Positions 46,106 to 59,288 of a stretch of 64,000 bases of DNA are shown piece by piece. The stretch comes from the human T2T-CHM13v2.0 reference genome, Homo sapiens. The notes beneath the pieces are model-generated. The model ran no database searches, had not been told where the DNA came from, and worked only from the letters and a program-made list of their open reading frames with translations. The translations under genes were made by a program, and so were the position numbers. The stretch's first letter is position 1. Every line of letters starts with the position of its first letter. The DNA is taken from assembly GCF_009914755.1 (NCBI RefSeq), contig NC_060931.1; one strand, 5' to 3'.

Positions 46106-46844
46106 TGTTACCACTAGGGAATGTATCTGAGTCACACGGCACCAAAGTATGTTAGGAGCTGGGAATCCATATGGGTCTGTAGCAACCTCAATTCTTGCCT
46201 CCTCAGAAGAAACAATTCAACCTAGGGGCACAAGGTAGGGTGAGAGACTGAGGCAAGTTTTAGAGCAGGAGTGAACGTTTATTAAAATGTTTAGAGCAGG
46301 AATAAAGGAAGTACACTTAGAAGAGGGCCAAATGGCAACTTGAGAGATCAAGTGCACAGTCTGACTTTTGACTTGGAGTTTTATACTTTGGCATTCTTCC
46401 AGGGTCTGCATCTTCTCCCCTGATTCTTCCTTGGGGTGGGCGGTCAGCATGCACAGTGGCCTGCCAACACTTGGGAGGGGTCACATGCACAGGTGTTTAC
46501 TGGAGTGTAGACATGCTCACTTGAGGTGTTCTTACCTTACGAGTCAAATGTTCCCAGAATGTCATATGACAGTTGAACACCATCAATTTTCCTCTTAGTG
46601 TGTGTGCATGCTTGAGCCCACTCGCCCAACTCCTGAGATCTTATCAGGAAGCTGCTGATCACCAGGTTCAGGGTTTTTTTCTGTGTATTGGGAGACGGCT
46701 TTTCCCTGGCACTGGCTGCAACCAATTATTATTTTACAGAGATAGTTTTAACAACTGCCTCCTATCACCTAATGATTGCCTGTCATTCCTTGGTAGGGGC
46801 CCTCTCCCGCCCTGCTCATGTCTGACTGACTTCCTACTGTAACA
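46106..46844 (-). mobile_element. MER50-like ERV1 solo LTR
   Basis: Ends 'tgttacc...' and 'ccctgctcatgtctgactgacttcctactgtaaca'; 'caacctcaattcttgcctcctcagaaga'; 4-bp TSD taca/caca. Confidence 0.85.
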
Positions 46845-47169
46845 CACATATGTTTTGAAAGATTATTTAGGAAGGAAAGTGGATATTTATCTTAAAAAAT
46901 GTGTGTTCTATTTCAAAATGGTTGACCAACCAAACACAGACATTTGCCTTCTCCCCTTCCCAAATGCAATTAAAAAGATAGAAGAGTTTTCGTTTTGGTT
47001 TTTTAATGAAAATAAATAATAAAGCCATAGAACTAAAAAACATGGGGGAAATGTTCCCTAAACACAAAAAGTTTAGGGAATTTGGGGCAATATATAGCAG
47101 TTGGGCTTCAGATTAATGACAATAAAACAAAACTACTGGCATAAAACGTTTTCTCCTCGATTAAGTCCT

Positions 47170-47510
47170 AAGGACTTGCTCTCATAGTGGTCAGCAGACC
47201 AGCAGCATTGACATAGCCAGAGAGTTTGTTAGAATGGAAATTCTCAGGCCCCACGGTGCACCTAAGTAATCTGAATGCATTTTTTACAAAATCTCCAGGT
47301 GATTCTCATGCACAATGTAAGTTTGAGAAGCCCTGTCCTAGGGCACTGTAATACAAGCACTGTTATTCTTAGCTTAGCAATAGACTCACTTGGAGAACTT
47401 TTAGCAGCCGATCACTTTTCTTTATCCCTAAAGATCTGACTGAATTGGTCTAATGCAGATACGACTTAAACTCTCCTTGGATCATTTTAATGTACAGCTA
47501 GCATTGAGAC
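47170..47510. mobile_element. MER5A/MER5B-like MITEs
   Basis: 'agaccagcagcatt...ttgttagaatggaaattctcaggcccc...ccaggtgattctcatgcac...agtttgagaa'. Confidence 0.75.
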
Positions 47511-48639
47511 TCTCAGGAGTAACAGGAAAGCTGTGAGAATTACCAAATTACCAGAATTACCAAAAAACTTCAGGCCAGCTGAGCTGCACGCTAATCTAAA
47601 ATATTGTCTGCCTTATGTAAAAACAGCAGCAGAATGCATAAAATAACTGAAAAATAAAAACTGAGTGATCTGTGAACATTGATTTTCAGTCATAGCTATG
47701 AATGAATAATCACCTCTGTGGGTGGGATACAGGCAGCAATAATTGTTAAAGCTCCCCAGATGTTTTCAATTTGCAGTCAAGTTTGAGATTCACCAGCCCA
47801 GAAAGTGTTGGAAATGGAGACATTTGATGATAATGTCAGGACCACACAGAGAATGCAAGCAGAATTATTTATTGAACTTCCATCGTACACACAGAGTGGA
47901 GGAAAGGGTGCAATATAAACCAAGAAGACTTTTTTCCTTCTATTACAAAATAAACCATAAATTTGCATATGTTCTCCCACCTCATTCTGAAAGGAAGTTG
48001 GCCAGTTTGAACATCCTGCACAATTAGCTCTAGAAAATTATCCATTTGAGGGATGAGATTCCATGAACAAAGACTCATTTTAAAATTGCCACAGGATTCT
48101 ACATCAGCAACAATTTGTAATTATGCTTAGACAATGAAACATCATTAGATATTTGGGAAAAATAAAAAAATAGAGAAGCATCTTGTGGATTAAAAGAGAG
48201 AAAGAATGAAATACAAGTGACTGTATAAACAAAAAGTTCAAGATTAAGATTTTGCATTAAAAATAAAATAATAAGGAAATCTCAGAAATCAAACATCACT
48301 GCTGGAAGTTAAATACATTAATAGTGGTACTGCAGAGTTGTATAGGCATAACCGAAGACTGAATTCAAAATCCAGAGTATGAAGGATAGAAAATCAGCCA
48401 GAAGGTAAAGAAAATAGAGATGCAGCATATGTGAAAGATAGAGAAAGAGAGTATGAAAGAGAAAGAGAATGAGGACAAGGGAAGAAATATAATCTACAAA
48501 GAATATAAATAACTATAATTAAAATTCTGACCTTGATTCTAAATTCTGGGAGATAACGGCATAATTTATACTAAATTTTAAGGGAGAAGATTTGAACCTA
48601 TGTCCAACTTGACTATCATGCAGACAAAAGAGCAAAATT

Positions 48640-49310
48640 CAGGAAACAACAAATCCTGGAGAGGATGTCGAAAAACAGGAATGTTTTTACACTATTGAGG
48701 GGAGTGTAAATTAGTTCAACCATTGTGGATGACAGTGTAGCAATTCCTCAAGGATCTAGAACCAGAAATACCATTTGACCCACCAATCCCATTACTGGGT
48801 ATATACCCAAAGGATTATAAATCATTCTGCTATAAAGATACATGTACAAGTATGTTTTTTGCAGCACTGTTCACAATAGCAAAGACGTGGAACAAACCCA
48901 AATAACTATCAATGATAGACTGGATAAAGAAAATGTGGCACATATATACCATGGAATACTATGAGGCCATAAAACAGGATGAGTTCATGTCCTTTGCAGG
49001 GAATGGATGAAGCTGGAAACCATCATTCTCAGCAAACTAACACAGGAACAGAAAACCAAACACCACATTTTCTCACTCATAAGTGGGAGTTGAATAATGA
49101 GAACACATGGACACAGGGAGGGGAACATTGCACACCAGGACCTGTCAGGGGGTGGGGGGCAAGAGGAGGGATAGCATTAGGATAAATACCTAGTGTAGGT
49201 GACGGGTTGATGGGTGCAGCAAACCACTATGGCACATGTATACCTATGTAACAAACCTGCACATTCTGCACATGTATCCCAGAACTTGAAATATAATAAA
49301 AAAATTTTTA
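48640..49310 (+). mobile_element. 5'-truncated L1PA (PA7/PA8-like) 3' end
   Basis: 'caattcctcaaggatctagaaccagaaataccatttgacc' through 'catgtatcccagaacttgaaatataataaaaaaa'. Confidence 0.95.
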
Positions 49311-50609
49311 AAAAGCAAAGATTCAGAGATAATAAGCCGATATACCCAATGTTAGAAATAAGAGAAAGGAGGGGAAGAAAGAAGATTGCAGAAAAGACAG
49401 ACAGAACAAATATTATTTCAGGACACATTCTAGGAAAGCAAATTAAATAAGAACAAATGAAGTGAAACACACACAAAAAGGTATTATAACATGTCATAAG
49501 ATGCATATTTGTCTAAAAATGATTGATCATAAACCTCTGAAATTCAATATAATTGTATAAAATGATTTTTTAGAATGGTAGTGTAAATGTGGTAAAAAAG
49601 AAATTTTAATATGAGTGATGAAATAAGTGAAGGAAGGGAAAGGAGATAAACACACATCAGAGTTCTTGTCTTGTCAAAATTGATATAGAATATTAAAGGT
49701 GAAAGAGCATGTAATTATAATATTTTTGCCAAGTTTTAGCATAACTACTAGAAGAATAGAGAATATGTAATTTTAAATGAATAGGGGAAAAACAAAATAA
49801 TGTTAAACATTTCAAAAAAGTCATTAAAAACATGTTAATAACAAAATATAAAATAAAGTGGCAAGGACAATCTAAAATTTTAAGTGAATAAATGTAATTA
49901 AATAGACTAGATCTCACTCTGTAGATAAAAACGCCAAGATGTGTCCAAAGTAATATTATACAGAATGCAGTATATAAACAAAATGAACGTAAAGGGAAAC
50001 TTAAATTATTTGTTTTAGGTAATTCCTAAAATGGTATCATTAAGTATGATGAAAAAGAATTTAAGGAAAACTTAGAATGCTAAAAGATATAAAACCGATA
50101 TGTCAGTAAGGGTTGATCAGGAAAATGGAAGTCACTCCTTGTATTGCAAGTAGGAAGGGCTTTTATACAGGAAAATAATGGTGTGCAAAATCACTGGAAG
50201 GTCATGATAAGGAAGGGTGGGAAAGCCATTACCTATCTCTATCTGCAGTAACAAAGCTTTGATTCTAAAGAGTTGAAAAGAAGTCTATGCAAATCTCAAG
50301 GATTTCTGTGAGGTCGAAGGAACTCTGTCATTTGCAGTCCTAATACAAGTACTTCAAATTTCACATTGGCTAGCTACCCATGCTACTGCTTGCTTTGAAA
50401 GAATGAGAACATTTCCTTTTCTTCAACCTTTGAAATATCATTGAAGACATTTTATTGAAAACTCATACCTGGAATCACAGAAGGAAAGGAAATTTTGGAA
50501 ATGTGGTTTCTGACTTCTTTGCAACACAAGGAAAAGGAAGTGATTATAAAGCAAAATTTACAAAAGAAAACCCTGATAATTTTTTTAAAGGTACAATCAA
50601 TTAAGAACA

Positions 50610-51160
50610 CATGCATCACCTGATAAAAACTAACTTGGCCAGTTAATCAAATGTAATATCAACAGTGGTAATACATGTTGATCATATGTACTCTTCACTA
50701 GTATGATGAAATGGCACCACACATTGTTGATCTTCCTTATAATTTACAATTCCAGTCTATTACAAACAAAAAATCAGATCAATTCCAATTGATAGTCTGC
50801 AAAATACATAATCAATATTCATTAAAACTGTCATGGCCATTAAAAACAAGGAATTATGAGAAACTCTCACACCAAGAAAAGCCAGGAGAGACAGGATGAC
50901 TAATTGAAATGTAATAGCTTTATTGGAATCCTAAAACAGAGAAAGGAATTAGGCCAAAATTAAAGAAATTAGAATAAATTCTGACCTTTAGCTAATAATA
51001 AAGTATCAATATTGGTTCATTAATGGTGACAAATATTCCATAGTATTTTGATGTGTGAATAGCAGGAGAAACTGGGTAAAGGGTATATACGAACTCTCTT
51101 TACTATATTTTACAACTTTTTAAAAACATCATTTTACTCTAAAATTAAAAATATTTAAAA
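50610..51160 (+). mobile_element. L1MC4-like 3' end
   Basis: 'gtatcaatattggttcattaatggtgacaaat', 'gggtatatacgaactctctttactat'. Confidence 0.75.
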
Positions 51161-52454
51161 TATGTATTAATTTTGATAGGAAAATGAGCATATTAATGTT
51201 TTACCAGTTTTCATGTCTTTTTACCTACTGAGAAGTAAAATAAAACATGAAAAATAACCTGTTAATAATACACATAGACTAAATACAAAAGATGCCAAAT
51301 GTTATCAATAACATATGTCACTGTGAGCTCAGTCTGTCACATTTTCCAATTTGTTTTATTTTAGAAGTAGAATTTCTGTAGGTATAGTCGTAACTTTTGA
51401 GTGAAAAGGTATTTTTCTTCAACTGCATTTGAATATTAGTTTATTTTGCTAGTGTTTGAATTATCACTCTTAAATATTTAATATGAGCATATATTTACTT
51501 TTAACATCCTCTGCTTTCTCAAGCAGTTATAATTTTGAAATTCAGTTTTAGTGACAGATAGATGCATTTATTATTTTAAATAATCAAATGTATTATAAAA
51601 ATAATCAAAATCACTTATTATCTAAAAATAATAGAAAATCATTGTAATATATTGAAAAATAATTTTTAGGATCTTTCTTTTTCCAAAGTTATGTTAAAGA
51701 TAAAATGACTATATACAATGAGGTCTAAAATATATAACATTTATTAAATTTATATCTACAGTAGGTTTTAAAAAGTTGCCATACAGTTCTGGAAAACTAA
51801 AAAGCTATGCACATATACAGGACTGTATTCATGCCTAGAAAATACCTGGGAAAACCATAATCTCATGCCTCTAGTTGACCCTAAGGTCCTGGCCAAGTAG
51901 AGAGTGAAGTTTTTAAGGCAGAATTGAAACCACTGGGGTATTAAACGGCTCAGCACATAAGCAGTGCTTGTCAGCCAAAAGTGGGAGAATTACTTGTTCA
52001 AAGCAATTAGGAAGATAAATTTTATTGTCAAATATTAGGTGACTGCCAAAATGCCTGAGCAGAGCTTACAGTGTTTACACAGCAAGGAATATAAATATAT
52101 AATTAGTAAAGAAAATTACTAACAAATAAAAAAGCAGTAGCAATAAAACCACCAACAATAATGAATATCAACAAAATCAAACTATGCGTAGAAGGGGATT
52201 TGATTTCCAAACTTGGTTTATATTATTTAAAGTCATTTTCCATTGACAGAAAAAAATTACACATGCAAAAAAAAAAACATAAAAGCATGGTCTACATGGC
52301 AGGGAGAGCATGGTCAATAGAGACTTTTCTTTAGAAAAATCAGGTGCTAGTTTTAGTGGATAAATCTGTTTATCCACTAAAAGACAAACATGTGTAAAAA
52401 GTGTAAAAAGTTTTTTTACACTTTTTTTACACTTTTACACTTTTACACTTTTTT

Positions 52455-52805
52455 TTCTCCTCCCTGTGTCCATGTGTTCTCATTATTCAACTCCCACTTA
52501 TGAGTGAGAAAATGTGGTGTTTGGTTTTCTGTTCCTGTGTTAGTTTGCTGAGAATGATGATTTCCAGCTTCATCCATTCCCTGCAAAGGACATGAACTCA
52601 TCATGTTTTATGGCCTCATAGTATTCCATGGTATATATGTGCCACATTTTCATTATCCAGTCTATCATTGATAGTCATTTGGGTTTGTTCCACATCTTTG
52701 CTATTGTGAACAGTGCTGCAATAAACATGTGTGTGCATGTATCTTTATAGCAGAATGATTTATAATCCTTTGGGTATATACCCAGTAATGGGATTGGTGG
52801 GTCAA
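52455..52805 (-). repeat. Inverted local copy of L1PA segment 48775-49125
   Basis: The reverse complement aligns without gaps over ~351 bp with about 11 mismatches by manual count. Confidence 0.93.
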
Positions 52806-55800
52806 TCCCATTACCCATGTGTAAAAAGTTAAAGTGTGAGGACATGTATTGACAAATATAGGATATCAATAAAAAGAAAGAAATTATAAAAACAAAATAG
52901 AAATTGTAGAGTTGAAAAGGATAATAACTAAGATGAAATTTTCACTAGAGGAGTTCAACAACCGATTTAAGTGGCCAAAGGAAAAAAATCAACATAATTT
53001 AACATAAATCAAATGAGATTATCTTATCTGAGAGCCAGAAAGACAACAGAATGATGAAAATGAACAAGTCCTCAGAGGACCTGTGGAACTTTGTTAATTG
53101 TACCAATATATTAACACATGTAATTTATTCCAAGATGAAGAGGAGATGATAGAACAGAGGGAATGTTTGAAAAAATTGTGGCTGATAATTCCCAAATTTG
53201 ATAAAATATCAATTTATACATCCAAGATCAGCTAAGTTCAAGTAAGATAATCTCAAAGACAACCACACGTATACACATACTAAAGCTTTCAAATGATAAA
53301 GACAGAGAGAGAATCTTGAATGGAGAAAGAAAAAGTGACTTATCATGTACATGGGATTCTTAATAAGTTAATAGCTGACTTTCTGTTAGATATTACTGAG
53401 TGCAGAGGGAAATGGAATAATATATTTAAAGTGCTAAAAGAGAAAAATGTCAATCAAGAATTCTACATACAGCTAAACTCTCTTTAAAAATGTAGAAATT
53501 AAGATATTCTCAGATAAACAAAAATTGAAGAACTTGTCTCTAGGGAACCTACAAAACAATCCTAAAAGGAGTCATTCAGTCTGAATGAAAGAACATTAAA
53601 AAGTAACCTGAATCAATATAACAGTAACTTGAATCAATATAAAGTAATAAAGGGTACCAGAAAAGGTACCTATAAGTAAATATACTTATATTTTTATATA
53701 GTATTTATATCTGGTATATATAAATACATAATATATAGTTAGTATAAATAAATTTTTGTTTGTAAAACTTTTCTTATATCTTATTTAAAATCCACCTGTG
53801 TATATAACCAATTGTAACATTATGGTGGTGAATTTATATAATAATGCAGCCTGCATAATAATAATAGCACAAGTAGGGTATTGTTAAGCACAATTAGGGT
53901 ATTGTTAGGAAGCTTATACTGGAGCAAAGTTTTCATATATATTGGAGCAAAGTTTTCATATATTATTTAAATATTAATTAATATTAAAATTAATATTTCC
54001 TATATTATTGAAATTTTAATATCAATTCAGATGATGTTAATTCAAAGTATATTGTATTAATTTCATTATAATTACCAAAGAAACCACTGACAAAAATTTT
54101 AAAAGTAAATATTAAAGAAAAAATATATAATTAAAATGGCCCTTGAAACACTAAAGATATCTATTTAGTACAAAAATATGGTAATTAAGAAAAGAGAGCA
54201 ACAATGAATAAGACATAGACATAGAGAAAATGAATAGCAAAATAGCAAATGCAATTCCTACCTTAGTAATTTTATTCATTTGAATGGATTTCTAGAAAGG
54301 TACAAACTACCAAAACTCACTCAGTAAGGAATAGAAAATCTGAATTTATTCATAAGAAAACAGAGATTTAATTCATAATCAACAACCACTCTCAAAAAAG
54401 TTACTGGGTAGATGGCTTTATTGGTAGATTCTACCACATGTTTGAAAAATTTATACCAATACTTCAAAGACTTTTTAAAAATTAGAAGAGGAGGGAACAC
54501 TTCAAACTCATTTATGGGTCAAGTAACTCTGATACTCAAACCAGAGAGTCATCACACAAAAAGAAAACAAAAAACAATTTTCCTTATAAGTATGATGCAA
54601 AAAATCCCAATTATATACCAGCAAACTGAATACAACAACTAACAAAGAGGATTGAACACCAAGACCAAGTGGAATTCACCCCAGGAAGGCAAGGTTGGTT
54701 TAATGTTCAAAAATCAGACAACAAGTACATGATAATCTTAATAGAATGTCATGTGACAAATGCAATTTCATTTCATGATAGAAACACTCAGCCAACTAGA
54801 AATAGAGGGCAGCTCTCCCAACCTAAGCAAAGCATAAGAAAAAAGCCCACTTAATATCATATTAGCTGAATGACAGAATGTTTTTCCCTTAAGATAAAAA
54901 AGCAGACACATATGTCTGTTCTTACCTCTTGTGTTCAGTACTGTACTGGAGGGTCTAGATAAACAATTAAGCAAGAAAAAAACAAGAAAAATCATGTTGG
55001 AAAAGAGTAAATAAAGCAATCTATACTTAGAAAACCTAGATTTAGTACATAGAAAATCTAAAGGCTCTACTACAATGTGTTGGAATTAATAAGTGATTTT
55101 TAGTAAGGGTGCAGGATAAAACATCAATATAAAAAGATCAACTGTGTTTTTATACACCAGCAAAAAGAATTTTTAAAATTAAATTAATAAAAAAGTTAAT
55201 TTACATTTGCCACAAAAAGAACACAATACATAGAAATAACAAAAGAAATATCAGATTTGTACACTAGAAACAACAAAAACTATGTTGACAGAAATTAAAG
55301 GAGATGAATAAATGGAAAGACACTTGATATTCACAGATGGAATATTTAATATTTTTAAGATAGGAATATTCTCCAAATCGATATACAGATTCAACACAAT
55401 CTTTATCAAAGTCTCAGATTTCTTCTTTCAGAAATGGACAAACTGACTTTAAAATTTATGTTGAAATACAAGGAACCCAAAAGAGGCAAAAACAATTATG
55501 AAAAAGGAAAACAAAGGAGGAAATACACTCTTATTTCAAGTCTATCTACAAAGCTACAGTAATCAGACATCATGGTGCTAGCATGAGGATAGCTATATAA
55601 ATCAATAGATTAAAAGTTAATAACTTGTATTTATAATGATAAAATAAATTCATTTTTTAAAAAGGGCAGAGGAAATTCAGTTGGGGAAATAAAAATCTTT
55701 AAAAAAAATAGTTATGGGACAATGGAATATCAATGTGCAAATGAAAAATAGGACCTTTCCCCAAAACCATTTAAAATAATTAAATGAAAATAAGTCATAG

Positions 55801-56228
55801 ATCTACAGGTAAGAGATAAAACACAAAAATTCCTGTTAGAAAAAAGCTCAGGAGTAAATTTTTATGACTTTTAGTAAGTCAATTATTTCTTAAATATTAT
55901 GTCAAAACCACCAAGAGAAAAATAGATTGGATTTCTTTAAAATTTAAACTTTTTTATTTTTTGCCTCAGAAGTTGCCATCAGTACAGTAAAAAACGAGCC
56001 CCAGAATTGGAGGAAATATTGGCAAATTATATATCTGATTAGATTCTTGTATCAATTTGACAAAAGATCTAATTGTACATTCCAGCAAGGAAGATACATA
56101 AATGGTCAAAAGACACATAAAAAGGATAGTCAACATAATAATCATTACAGAAAGGCAAAAAAAAATCATAATGATATACCCATAAAACCCACTAAAATGA
56201 GTATAACTTTAAAAAAATTGTCAGATGA

Positions 56229-56520
56229 GGCTGGGCATGGGTGTTCATGTTTGTAATCTCAGCACTTTGGAAGGCTGAGGCAGGAGGATTGCATGAGGCC
56301 AGGAGTTCGATACCAGCCTGGGTAACATGATAAGACTCCGATCTCTATAAAAAAAAAATCTTAAAAATTAGCCAGGTGTGGTGATGCATGCTTTTTGTCT
56401 CAGCTACTTGGGAAGCCGAGGTGGAAGAATCACATTAGCCCAGGAGTTTGAGGTGGCAGTAAGCTATGATTGACCACGGCACTCCAGCTTGAGTGACAGA
56501 GTGAAACTCTGTCTTTAATA
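56229..56520 (+). mobile_element. AluJ
   Basis: 'ggaggattgcatgaggccaggagttcg', 'gcccaggagtttgaggtggcagtaagctatgatt'. Confidence 0.9.
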
Positions 56521-57117
56521 TGACAATTTAAAAAAATTGTCAGATTATAAAAAGTGTTTTCAAGAATATAGGGGAATCAGAATAATCAAAAAGCTGGTGG
56601 GATTGCAAAATTCTACAGCTCCTGTGAAAAACAATTTTATATTTTCTTAAAATATTATATAGTTACCATAGACCTAGCAATTATACTTCCCATAAGACAT
56701 TTTTATGAATATATATAGCAGCATATTCATAATAACAAAAAAATGGAAACTGCAAATGTAGTACATCATCTGATGAGTAGACAAAAAAAATGTAGCATTT
56801 CCATGCAGCAGAATATATTTGGCAATAAAAAGGAATGAAGTGTTATGTTATAAAATACATGAGTCTTGAAAACATTAGGTAAAGTAAAGGAAGCCAGTCA
56901 AGGTAGAACACATGTTGTATGTATATATACAGTATCCAGAATAGGCCAACCAATACAGAAAGTAGATTAGTGGTTGCCAGAAGCTTGGGGAGGGACAATG
57001 AAGAGTGACTGCTAATGAGTATAGGGTCCCTTTATGAAACTATAGAAAATCTTCTACAATTAGTTAGTGATTATATTTGCATAGTTCTGCAGGCATGCTA
57101 AAAATGACTGAACCACA

Positions 57118-57220
57118 TGTATGTGTATATATATATATTATATATATATTATATATATAATATATATATATTATATATATATATTATATATAATATATAT
57201 ATATAATATATATATATATG
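57118..57220. repeat. Interrupted (TA)n microsatellite
   Basis: About 95 bp of pure A/T alternation with TT/AA phase breaks. Confidence 0.97.
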
Positions 57221-58229
57221 AAACCTCAATACTTATTGGTAAAGTTTCCAATTCCTTTATATTGATAGACTTTACAAAGTAACATGCAAACATTTTTACT
57301 GAAGTATTGTCAAAGGCTAGTGAATAAATTTTACCCAAGAAGTCTCAGGGTAAATTCTGAAGTTCAATTTCCTCTCACTGAACTTTGCAATTTATATCAT
57401 GCTACATTTACATGTGATGAAAAGTGGTGCTAATTTTGCTTCTCCATCATACATTTGCATTTATTTTTCTATAGAAAAGGTGTTTTTTTTTAAACTATTT
57501 GAATTACTTAACTTTCTTTCTGATCTACTCTTCCAAGCTATCTTTAGGTACTACTGATAAATTTGCTTGCTCTGGGGCACAGAATACTTTATACATTTGG
57601 AATAGTCATATCTCTCTGTTTGATATAGACAAATCCATGAGCAGTCCTCTGCCAGGTAATTTGCTTCAAAGTAAAATTGTTGTTACGTGGTGTGAAACAT
57701 ATTATCTTAACCCTAGTTTTCATGATAGTTTGGTGTCATGTTAGAATCTAATAGTCTTAGCCATTAGCATTTTCTTTTGACCGAAGGAGAAAAAAATCCT
57801 AATGGTGTATAAATTAGGAATTTATATACGCCAAATAGTGGTGTGCCACCATCACACTCCTTGGGAGTTACCAAATAACAGCTTCACATAGATTCTATTA
57901 TCTCATGTTACACCATTTGGAAATATTTTAATGGTTGGCAACCTCCAGGTAAAGCAATACGATATTTTTTTAATGGTTGGCAACCTCCAGGTAAAGCAAC
58001 ACAATCTTTTTTTCTTTTTCCTGGATATCTTGTATTTCAATAGACCTCAAGTTAGGATGTAATTTTCATTAGCACGAAGACTGTACTTCTACTTTCAAAA
58101 TCTCAGGTTATACCTCATACAAGTAGATATATTCCTGGGCAGGAATTCTATGCATTTACTGACTTTTAGAATTACTCCTTTCAAAGGATTCCAAAAATAC
58201 CCCCCAAGAAATGATTTTGTAGTACATTG

Positions 58230-58610
58230 AATTATTTGTCCCAATTGTTTAAAAACCTTTCTGTGTTCAAGCCCTTTTCCGTGTGATGTTGCAGCTCCTA
58301 CCACAATGGGAAGAGTGTAATTTTCTGTCCCTTGACATTGAGACCCAAGTTGCCTTGGTCAATGTAGTGCTAACAGATGTCATACAAATCAGGCTCTTAA
58401 TGTCTTTATGGAGTATATATTCTCTCTTCTGCTTTTGCTTTCATTATGAGAAGATGTACTGACTAATCCACTTGTTCAAGTAAAATGAGAGACGTTGAGA
58501 GCAAATCAGTACCCAATCTGTGGTTTGTAGTCTGGCCTACCTGGGTGCAGTCTGAATCAGCATGACTTTCAACTGTGTGTTCAGTGCTATTGTAGTGTCA
58601 TTGCTGTTAT
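58230..58610 (+). mobile_element. MLT1-like LTR, degraded
   Basis: 'tgtgatgttgcagctcctaccacaatgggaagagtgtaattttctgtcccttgacattg...gccttggtcaatg'. Confidence 0.6.
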
Positions 58611-58632
58611 GCCCGCTTAGTTACCAGAGCTA

Positions 58633-59025
<393 letters not shown>

Positions 59026-59288
59026 CTAAAAGTTTACACTGATGCCTGTCATTCCAATGCAGTTCTTTATAGTTCATTTTAGCCTTCACCTTTTCCTATT
59101 TATAATTTTTTTCTAGCAGTGAGAAACCTGACTCTCATTATCTATATTATCTTTACTTATTTGTTGAATTCTGGTATATACATAATTTCAGAATAAGGAT
59201 CCTATACTGCTGTGAGAAAACTTCCTTACAATATTACAGCACCTGAATGATCATTTTGTTTCAAGCCTGACAATATTCACTCAAGATA

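Larger units (their letters stand above)
51800..57115 (+). mobile_element. Long degraded L1M (ORF1/ORF2/3' UTR remnants) with nested insertions
   Basis: 'gacctgtggaac', 'TPGRQGWFNVQKS' in ORF 54669-54854, 'tacaaagctacagtaatcaga', 'gaaagtagattagtggttgccag'. Confidence 0.85.

Noticed and set aside
52451-52829. The inverted L1 piece as an ordinary retrotransposition with T-tail and 14-bp TSD
   Set aside because: It ends mid-3' UTR, far from the L1 poly(A) site, its 'tail' is built from host-derived motifs, and it shares private variants with the neighbouring L1. An RNA-templated route cannot be fully excluded.
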